A DNA stretch of 64,000 nucleotides. Origin: Candidatus Levybacteria bacterium RIFCSPHIGHO2_01_FULL_36_15b (lineage in GTDB: Bacteria > Patescibacteriota > Microgenomatia > Levybacterales > UBA12049). Under the pieces are notes generated by a model. The model ran no database searches. It was given only the letters and a program-made list of their open reading frames with translations, and had not been told where the DNA came from. Below, piece by piece: positions 57,055 through 64,000 of the stretch. Numbering within the stretch: position 1 is the stretch's first letter; each line of letters starts with the position of its first letter. A program made the translations under genes and the position numbers. The stretch covers positions 269,049 to 333,048 of the forward strand of contig MFNK01000003.1 in NCBI GenBank assembly GCA_001782045.1, read 5' to 3'.

Positions 57055-58700
57055 GTACCAACTATTCTAAACGCAACGCTGCCGTCTAAGAAGTAAATAG
57101 TTTTAATAAGTCCGGGTGCGTTTTCTGGAATCTCATTGGGACTGCCTATTAAAAGAGTGTTTTTAAGCTGACTATCCTGACTATAGTTTATTTTTCTGAA
57201 TTCATATTTACCGATAACCCTTCTCATCCTCTCAACTTGTCCGCTACCTTGATAGTTCCAATTTTTTTGATACCAAGAAGGTTCAATTTTATTATGGAAT
57301 AGATAGTAAATATATGGCTGGTCATAAATGTAAGTAAAAAGAATTTTGCTGTATTTATTTTCAACTGACTTAGCTTCTAAAACTGCTTCTTTGTTTCCAT
57401 ATTGCCACCAATGACTTATCTGGCGAGGAGTATGGACATAATACTGATGGAGATAATAAGCAAAGTTAATAACGAAAAGTCCGGCAGTTATTACAAGAAG
57501 AATTTTGTATTTGTAATTATTTCTATTTAAGAAAAAATAGTACACGCCAAGTGCTGTAAATATAGAGAATGCCGGTGCCATGGCAATAGCTCGTACTGGA
57601 TGCGGCGTACCTGTACTAACTGCTGAAGACAAAGGTGCAATTAAAAATAGAACCAAAATCAATAATGATTTTTTAGTTCTATCCCTAAAAATAAAATATA
57701 TTCCAAATATAATAAAGGGCAATTCCCATAGGTATTGCATTCCCATGTTTACTGCATGGTGTTGTCCACCGCCATCTCCATTAAAAAATAAAAAATCAGG
57801 ATTCCAATGATCAAAATACCCCTTTGCAAGAGCTAAGAAATAGACAACTCTTCTGTTGTCTAGAATCGCGCCTATTTTGTCACTGCGAGAATAATCGTAT
57901 TCAAGCCTCTTTATCGAAGGATTTATTGTTTCACCTGTGGCAAAAATTGATACCATAGAAAGCCTAGAACCGGATCCACCGATTGATATAAAGCTTGAGT
58001 AAACCGGCAGAGAAATAATTAAGCCGAAAAGAAGTGAAACAAGATAGTATTTTTTGTTAACGAGTATATCTTTCCAAAAAAGAAGCGTAAAGGCGGCAAT
58101 GAAAAGAGGCGTAATCAAAACAAAACTATGGTAGGAATATATGCTTAAAACAAAAGAGATTGCCGCAAGAATTGCCAGCCATTTCGCTTTTAAACTTTTA
58201 AGAAGCAATAAAAATGCCAATAGAAAAAAGAATATCCCTGCATTACCTTCAAACGCAGCTCTAGAAAATTGCAAACTCCAAGGGGAAACTCCCCAAAAAA
58301 ATGCAGCTAATATTGCCAATATCTCTTTTTTGTTTTTTTCTAATTTAGAAAAAATTTCTTTTGTTAAGAAGTAAATTGTAATAACTGACAAAAATCCCAA
58401 GATCGCTGAGGGAAGTCTAACTCCCATTTCACTCAAGCCGAATAAGGCAATGCTGGGTACTGAAAGATAAATATAGGCAGGTGGTTTATAATCGCCAAAG
58501 GATCTAATTGATAATGGAAGTTTATTTCCATATTCATCGGCTCCAGTCTTAAGAATCGAATATGCATTATATCCGATGCTCGCCTCATCCCAATCTAAAG
58601 AAGGAGGATTTACTCCTAAATTATAAAATCTTAGAAAAAAAGCGAGTAAAAACACAAACGTTAAAATAATCAAATATATATTTTTTTTAAATAGATACAT
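57051..58700 (-). CDS. Glycosyltransferase family 39-like (PMT_2-type) membrane protein
   Basis: ...LRFYNLGVNPPSLDWDEASIGYNAYSILKTGADEYGNKLPLSIRSFGDYKPPAYIYL...RLPSAILG.... Confidence 0.8.
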   Translation of the reverse strand: MYLFKKNIYLIILTFVFLLAFFLRFYNLGVNPPSLDWDEASIGYNAYSILKTGADEYGNKLPLSIRSFGDYKPPAYIYLSVPSIALFGLSEMGVRLPSAILGFLSVITIYFLTKEIFSKLEKNKKEILAILAAFFWGVSPWSLQFSRAAFEGNAGIFFFLLAFLLLLKSLKAKWLAILAAISFVLSIYSYHSFVLITPLFIAAFTLLFWKDILVNKKYYLVSLLFGLIISLPVYSSFISIGGSGSRLSMVSIFATGETINPSIKRLEYDYSRSDKIGAILDNRRVVYFLALAKGYFDHWNPDFLFFNGDGGGQHHAVNMGMQYLWELPFIIFGIYFIFRDRTKKSLLILVLFLIAPLSSAVSTGTPHPVRAIAMAPAFSIFTALGVYYFFLNRNNYKYKILLVITAGLFVINFAYYLHQYYVHTPRQISHWWQYGNKEAVLEAKSVENKYSKILFTYIYDQPYIYYLFHNKIEPSWYQKNWNYQGSGQVERMRRVIGKYEFRKINYSQDSQLKNTLLIGSPNEIPENAPGLIKTIYFLDGSVAFRIVGT

Positions 58701-60396
58701 ATATTATCCTAAAGGCCCTTGTACCATCTTTCCTATATAGATTCGTGTGCTTTAAAAGGTTCAAGCCTTTATAATCCTTACAGTTTCCACTGTCGATAAT
58801 AATCGTATTTTTTGCTATGGGAATTGACGGGTCAAGATTATACGAGGGACATTCCGAATTCGCAAAATAAAACTTTCCAAACCCCTTACCAGGCTTATCT
58901 TTTGGAGAACCTTCTTTTTGATATTGTACTGGATCATACTGCATATAGAATAAAACCAGCGGATATATTCCACCGAAAGATTTACTAATAATAATCCCAT
59001 TTGTATTTAAGTAATTATCCTTAACAATTTTCATCATTTTGTCGAAACCTTCGTATCTGTACCAATTTCTATGGACCTGAGTTTGGATAAAATATTGATG
59101 TAAAAAATAGGAAAAATTATAAAGTAGGAAAATTGCAAAAATTGCAATAAATAATTTAGATAATTTTCCTGGATACTTCTCAATAATCTTAACAAAGCCA
59201 AGCGCTACAATAAGGCCAATTATAGGAAACATTACAATCGCTCTTTGTAGGTTTGGAACATCATCAACAGTAATTGCAGCAACAACTGGAGCAATTAAAA
59301 GCCACACAAGAGGCAGTTTGTGAAAGATATCTTTTGAGAGAAGTAAGTAAAAAATACCTACAATAATAAATGGAAGTTCAACTAAATATAGCAAGCCCAT
59401 GCCCGGCACCTTATACCAATTGGGCCAACCTCCCTGAATAAATAAAAACTGCCCTGAAAAATATTCTAGATAATTTGAAACAAACGCTATGGAATAATTC
59501 GTTATCTTATTATGCGTAAACCTTGTAATAAGTTGCGAGATGTTTTGATTTCCATCTTCGCGAATTTGCTCATCCAAAATAAGCTGTGTTCCTGGTGCAT
59601 TAAAAATATTTACCTGAGAAAATCTTCCTGTTCCTCCTTTAATTAGAAATACGAGCGAAAAAGAGATCAAAGAGACGACTAAAAATGAAAAAATTAAAGA
59701 CATCTTAACGTTTTTTGAAAACTTACCCCAAACGGGAAAAAGAAAAAGTATAAAACATAAGAATAGTAGAGGTACAAAAACTCTTGGCGTATGGTAAAAG
59801 AAAAAGCTAAGCGAAAGAGATATTGCTCCGGCAAAAAAATAAATCGGGCTTCTCTTTTGTATCCCCGCTATTACAAGAGCAAACCCAGAAATTATCCAAA
59901 ATAGCGAAACTATTGTCTCAGCGCTAGCGCGAGACAATACAATACTCCATGGAGCCATAGTCACCAAAATTGCAGCAAGTAAACTTACTCTTTTGTTCTT
60001 AAATAAAAGCTGGGAAAAAAAATAGATAGGCAAAATCATTAATATTCCAAATAATGCCCCTGGTAATCTTGTAGCAAATTCATTTAGTCCTAAAATTTTT
60101 ATTGGCAATATTGTCAAATAATGATATCCAGATGGCCTGTTGTCGCCGAACATGTCTATATACAGCGGCAGACTATTGTTATTTTCATCTTTCCCTGTAA
60201 GCAGGAGGGAATAAGCGTTGTATCCCAAAGAAGCCTCGTCGATGTGAAAACCGAGAGGAACAGAACCTAAGTCATATAATCTTAAAAACGACGCAAATAA
60301 TAAAATGATTCCAAGAATTAACCAAGTTTTTAAATTATTTTTTGATAATTGAATTCTTCCTAGCATAAGCAAATCTAACATTATTATATCCCACAA
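58687..60396 (-). CDS. Glycosyltransferase family 39-like (PMT_2-type) membrane protein, tandem paralog
   Basis: ...LRLYDLGSVPLGFHIDEASLGYNAYSLLLTGKDENNNSLPLYIDMFGDNRPSGYHYL...RLPGALFG.... The annotated start overlaps the upstream gene by 62 nt. The true start is probably an internal Met/Leu near ~60366. Confidence 0.75.
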   Translation of the reverse strand: MWDIIMLDLLMLGRIQLSKNNLKTWLILGIILLFASFLRLYDLGSVPLGFHIDEASLGYNAYSLLLTGKDENNNSLPLYIDMFGDNRPSGYHYLTILPIKILGLNEFATRLPGALFGILMILPIYFFSQLLFKNKRVSLLAAILVTMAPWSIVLSRASAETIVSLFWIISGFALVIAGIQKRSPIYFFAGAISLSLSFFFYHTPRVFVPLLFLCFILFLFPVWGKFSKNVKMSLIFSFLVVSLISFSLVFLIKGGTGRFSQVNIFNAPGTQLILDEQIREDGNQNISQLITRFTHNKITNYSIAFVSNYLEYFSGQFLFIQGGWPNWYKVPGMGLLYLVELPFIIVGIFYLLLSKDIFHKLPLVWLLIAPVVAAITVDDVPNLQRAIVMFPIIGLIVALGFVKIIEKYPGKLSKLFIAIFAIFLLYNFSYFLHQYFIQTQVHRNWYRYEGFDKMMKIVKDNYLNTNGIIISKSFGGIYPLVLFYMQYDPVQYQKEGSPKDKPGKGFGKFYFANSECPSYNLDPSIPIAKNTIIIDSGNCKDYKGLNLLKHTNLYRKDGTRAFRIIYVSI

Positions 60397-62722
60397 AAGA
60401 CACTAAAAATATAAGAGATAATGCACTGATGCCAAGCCCTAACTTAAAACTTTTGGGATTATAATAAAATTCTACTTTATGATTCCCCTTTGGGATTTCA
60501 ACGGCTCTAAAAGAATAATTGGCAATAAGAATTTCTTTTTTATTCCCATCTATTTTTACTTCCCATTCGTTGTAATAATTATCCGATAAGAATAACAGCG
60601 AGGGCTTATCTGCTAAGGCCTGAATGACTATTTTATTTGGAGAATAAGAAACTAAATTAGCTTTTTGAGCCACAGTAAAAGCCGCTTGAAAGCTTGGGCT
60701 TTTCTCTAAGATTAAAGTTTTTCGTAAATCCAAGCTTTTATCATATATTTTTTCCAGTGCTTTATTTTTTGATACAACTATATAATCAGATGTAATAAAA
60801 AATCTTGGCAGTGCGTCTTTATTTTCATAAATTTGCCATGGACTATCTTGCCAAATAAGCGAATATTGATCTTTTGGAAATACTTCTTCGTTAGGTTGCC
60901 AACTATTAGATAGTAGGTTGTCTTTAAAGGTAATATATTTAATTCCTAAAAGATCAAGAAGTTCTTTTCTATAAACATTTTCCCCTAACGATTTTCCGCC
61001 TTGAGAAATATTTACATCAGATCTTGGAATAGTCTTTAGAATTTTTCCGTCCTTTGCCATAGTTACTAACTCCATATACCTTTTTATTATTAAAGGGTCG
61101 TATCCCTCAGCTGAGTAAATTTTTTCATGAGTTTGGAAATTTGTTTCTATATATCCACTTCCATAACCCCAAGATCTATCTATCCCCGAAAGATTTTTTA
61201 TTTCCTTAACTACCTTAGTTTGTGGATAAAAAAATTGAGCTGGAGAAAAAGGAGTTATTTTATTAAAAAAATAAAAAAGGTCAAAAACAATAATTATCAA
61301 AAAAATTGTGGCAATGTTTTTATATTTTCGAAAAGGAATTAACGCTAATAAACTTAAAATAAAAATAGATGATGGTAATATTAAATTCTTTTTAGAGACT
61401 AACAAATCTGAAATCCATGGATATTTTAAATAATAAGGAGCAATAAAAACAAAAATCCATAAAGATAAATATATAAACCCAACGATAACAAGAGGCTTAT
61501 AAACTATTTTTCTTTCTTTTAACCAAATATTTAATCCCATAGCAGATAGGACAGAGGCTGAAAAAGAAAAAAGAAAAATAATTCTTGTGGGAACTCCTGT
61601 ACTTATAAATGGAATATGTAAAGAATTAATGAATAATCCAAAAGGCGTGTTTAATGTAAAAATATAAACAAAAAAAGCCCATGCAAAGAAAAACCAATAT
61701 GGTTTAAATTTTTTCTGAAAAAAAGAAATGAAGATAAAAATTAACGGTAAAACTCCTATATAAGTTACCCTTTCAATATATGTTCCGTTTAACCAATAGT
61801 TTCTAGTTGCTGGATTTCCAAAAAAATCAGGTACAAAGGTAGTTACCGTGTGATACAGGGGAATTAATAAGTTTTTAATAGCATCAATTGAAAAACTACT
61901 TCTTGCAGATTGAGAAAATAAATCAAAAGTAGGAAGCAATTGAAAAGCAGAAAGAAATAAGGGTAAGATGAAAACTGGCAGGTAGTTTAAAACTAGCGTT
62001 AATTTCTTTTTCTCTGAAATTATTTTGTAAATTAAATAAGTAAATGAAAATATAAATACATAAATAGAAACCTGAATATATCCAGCAAGAATTGATAAAG
62101 TAAGAGATAAAATCAATAAAAAGGAAGTTGATATTGTAAGTTTCTTAATATTCTTATCTATTAAGAAAAGTATTATAGGTAACCAAAGGACAGCATGACC
62201 AATAATTCCATATTGGAGCCATACAACCATATACGAGGAAAAAGCAAAAGTGATTGCGCCAAATATAGAGGCAACTTTATAAAGATTATTTTGCCGTAAA
62301 AAAAGAAAAGTAAATATTCCGGCAAGAATTGGCTGAGCAATAATATACATAGCCCAACCTGGAATAATTCCAAATATTAACAGCAATAAATTAAAAGGAT
62401 AAAAAAATCCACTTTGAAAATTGGGCATAAAAGGAGTACCTGAAAAATTATAAGGATTCCATAACGGAATCTGCCAGGTTGCCAGGCTATTTATTGCAAA
62501 TTCTTTCCAAGGAAAAGTCATTCTAATAATGTCAAAACCCTGACCCTTATTGGGTACGCCGCCAGGAGCAATTCCAAAATAAGAGTTTGAACTATATGGA
62601 GAATATTCTCCAACTAAAAGATCTCCAGGAAAAGGGATATATCCTTTAAAAAGGGGGTGGAAAAAAAGAATTACTATAAATCCTATTAGGATATAAGGCC
62701 AAAGCTTTTTAAGCTTCTTCAT
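60335..62722 (-). CDS. YfhO-family-like GT-C membrane glycosyltransferase (795 aa)
   Basis: ...IPLWNPYNFSGTPFMPNFQSGFFYPFNLLLL..., with a C-terminal TM LGLGISALSLIFLVSFVGY. Confidence 0.7.
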   Translation of the reverse strand: MKKLKKLWPYILIGFIVILFFHPLFKGYIPFPGDLLVGEYSPYSSNSYFGIAPGGVPNKGQGFDIIRMTFPWKEFAINSLATWQIPLWNPYNFSGTPFMPNFQSGFFYPFNLLLLIFGIIPGWAMYIIAQPILAGIFTFLFLRQNNLYKVASIFGAITFAFSSYMVVWLQYGIIGHAVLWLPIILFLIDKNIKKLTISTSFLLILSLTLSILAGYIQVSIYVFIFSFTYLIYKIISEKKKLTLVLNYLPVFILPLFLSAFQLLPTFDLFSQSARSSFSIDAIKNLLIPLYHTVTTFVPDFFGNPATRNYWLNGTYIERVTYIGVLPLIFIFISFFQKKFKPYWFFFAWAFFVYIFTLNTPFGLFINSLHIPFISTGVPTRIIFLFSFSASVLSAMGLNIWLKERKIVYKPLVIVGFIYLSLWIFVFIAPYYLKYPWISDLLVSKKNLILPSSIFILSLLALIPFRKYKNIATIFLIIIVFDLFYFFNKITPFSPAQFFYPQTKVVKEIKNLSGIDRSWGYGSGYIETNFQTHEKIYSAEGYDPLIIKRYMELVTMAKDGKILKTIPRSDVNISQGGKSLGENVYRKELLDLLGIKYITFKDNLLSNSWQPNEEVFPKDQYSLIWQDSPWQIYENKDALPRFFITSDYIVVSKNKALEKIYDKSLDLRKTLILEKSPSFQAAFTVAQKANLVSYSPNKIVIQALADKPSLLFLSDNYYNEWEVKIDGNKKEILIANYSFRAVEIPKGNHKVEFYYNPKSFKLGLGISALSLIFLVSFVGYNNVRFAYARKNSIIKK

Positions 62723-62724
62723 TT

Positions 62725-64000
62725 TTAATTTGATATTACCTTGTAAACCCTATAAAACGAGCCCGTATTTCCCTGCTCCACTTGAAAAATTAATTCTAAT
62801 GGAAATTCAGGAGGAATTGGATCATGCTCTTTTTGATAAAAAACATAGTAAGTAGGCATTTTTTTAGCCCTATCTAAAACTTCTTTGGAAATATTATCCA
62901 CTGGCCAGTATCCTTTTATAGTAATATTTTTATTATCTACTAGGTACATTTCAAGAGCAAAAGGCATTAAGCCAAAGGTGCCCTCTGTTGCAATATAAAT
63001 TTTTTCTTTCTTAGCTGCTTTGGAAAAATAATCAATACTTTCTTTCACTCCCCAACCCGCTGCCCAGCTATTAATATATTGACTATTGTCCGCTTTGGCA
63101 ATTCTTGAATTGATAGGGTCATATATAAATTGAATCGAAATAAAAGCCGGAAAGACAAGAAAAAGAATTAATAAGGCTAAGGTTAAATATTGTTTGCTTG
63201 TTTTGTATTTTTTAAATAAAAACTCAATTAGGTAATTTAATCCCAAAGCAGCAAGCGGAATTAGCATTATGCTCATAAAAAATATAAACCGCGGAAAAAT
63301 TACTTTTCCAAAAAGCGCAAGCGCAATAAAAGGAAGTAAAAAATAGATTATGAGTATTAATTTTTCCTTTGCAAAATCCCTAAAATTAATTAAAGAAATA
63401 ATAATTAATACAATGTAGGGAATTTTTAAATATTCGTACAGCCAACTCCAAAGACCATTTAGATTTCCGACGAAAAAGGTAAAAGGATGCTGTAACCATT
63501 CCGAAATCGGATAGACAAAAACAGCATTCTTTGCACTAATCATCTGAAAAAGAGGAGAAAGTCTTAGTACGTTGTAAAGACCATAAGCAATTGCTACGGA
63601 AAAAGCAGATAACAGAGCAAATCGCAATATCTTTTCTTTCCACTTTTTGTCCTTAAAATTAAAAAACAATAAAAAGAACGGTAGGAGATAAATACTAAAA
63701 AAATTTGCGGTTTTTGTTAAAATTCCTCCTCCGATTACAAATCCAAGAGTATAAGCAATTTCAAGTTTTGGCGTCCGTAGTAATAGAATCGATAAATATA
63801 AAGACCAGACAAAAAATGCTGCAACCATGCTATCGTATAGAGCCATTCTGTCTAAAACCACCGCAAGAGGAAAAAATATATAAAGCAAAGATGAGATAAA
63901 TGCAACTTTTTTGTTTTTGAAGAGCTCTAACGTAAGAAACCACAACCCAGCAATTGTAAAAAAGCCTGAAGCCACAGAAACAAGTCTTCCGGCAATTAAA
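62725..64000 (-). CDS. Partial (N-terminus off the right edge) GT39/ArnT-like membrane glycosyltransferase
   Basis: The frame is open to the window end. Translation upstream of the listed GTG start reads ...LIAGRLVSVASGFFTIAGLWFLTLELF..., so the true N-terminus lies beyond 64000. The pattern ...LAVVLDRMALYDSM...GGGILTKTANFF resembles the ArnT/PMT mid-region. Confidence 0.6.
   Translation of the reverse strand, partial: LIAGRLVSVASGFFTIAGLWFLTLELFKNKKVAFISSLLYIFFPLAVVLDRMALYDSMVAAFFVWSLYLSILLLRTPKLEIAYTLGFVIGGGILTKTANFFSIYLLPFFLLFFNFKDKKWKEKILRFALLSAFSVAIAYGLYNVLRLSPLFQMISAKNAVFVYPISEWLQHPFTFFVGNLNGLWSWLYEYLKIPYIVLIIISLINFRDFAKEKLILIIYFLLPFIALALFGKVIFPRFIFFMSIMLIPLAALGLNYLIEFLFKKYKTSKQYLTLALLILFLVFPAFISIQFIYDPINSRIAKADNSQYINSWAAGWGVKESIDYFSKAAKKEKIYIATEGTFGLMPFALEMYLVDNKNITIKGYWPVDNISKEVLDRAKKMPTYYVFYQKEHDPIPPEFPLELIFQVEQGNTGSFYRVYKVISN

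Noticed and set aside
18393-63899. Remaining 60-146-aa ORFs in the track (e.g. 18393-18578, 20619-20828, 21766-21978, 22899-23084, 26999-27187, 28111-28293, 30183-30365, 30607-30862, 32253-32881, 32890-33132, 36151-36357, 39109-39309, 39905-40090, 40289-40729, 41541-41759, 42463-42651, 47571-47888, 49486-49923, 51975-53087, 53578-53907, 55870-56058, 57580-57810, 58141-58374, 58815-59000, 61127-61342, 62173-62373, 63705-63899)
   Set aside because: All overlap confidently assigned glycosyltransferase or membrane-protein genes and lack any recognizable motif. ORF 40289-40729 (146 aa) is the longest, but it is antisense to a GT39 gene with a clear catalytic motif.
1-64000. CRISPR arrays, tRNA/rRNA genes, transposases, integrases, phage genes
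   Set aside because: None found. Intergenic space is minimal, the largest gap is 216 bp, and it contains no direct-repeat/spacer structure or cloverleaf-like GC-rich segment. No ORF shows DDE, tyrosine or serine recombinase or reverse-transcriptase motifs.

Overview
The window is AT-rich (about 30% GC by eye) and densely packed with about 52 protein-coding genes, very short intergenic gaps and many 1-4 bp start/stop overlaps. It uses the standard bacterial code, with TGA as a stop. I found no rRNA, tRNA, CRISPR array, transposase or integrase. Almost the whole window is one glycan-biosynthesis and glycosylation locus.

What stands out is the density of polytopic membrane proteins that look like GT-C-fold, lipid-carrier-dependent glycosyltransferases. 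There are about 20 of them, falling into at least five paralogous families. These are an ArnT/PMT-like family with a WDEA motif, an ArnT-like variant with a DQARD motif, a YfhO-like family with a PLWNPYxFSGT motif, an unassigned HDG...RW...GYGYPxFNFY family, and an unassigned ~730-aa family with a C-terminal extracytoplasmic domain. They are interleaved with 14 soluble GT2/GT4 glycosyltransferases, three DPM1/GtrB-like polyprenol-phosphate-sugar synthases and two Wzx-type flippases. Three SAM methyltransferases are also present.

Two nucleotide-sugar cassettes sit in the locus. The first has Gmd, an RmlD-like reductase, an SDR, a TylC3-like C-methyltransferase and FdtA-like cupins. The second has Fcl, a cupin, an N-formyltransferase and a DegT aminotransferase, and GalE is encoded separately.

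Genes from 21204 to the window end form a single unidirectional minus-strand array of about 35 genes. The left edge (1-1819) and right edge (62725-64000) both carry truncated genes, so the locus continues beyond the window.

Gene content and composition fit a reduced-genome, low-GC uncultivated bacterium, possibly of the CPR/Patescibacteria type; this is an inference. All family and function assignments come from reading motifs in the translated ORFs. No database search was possible.
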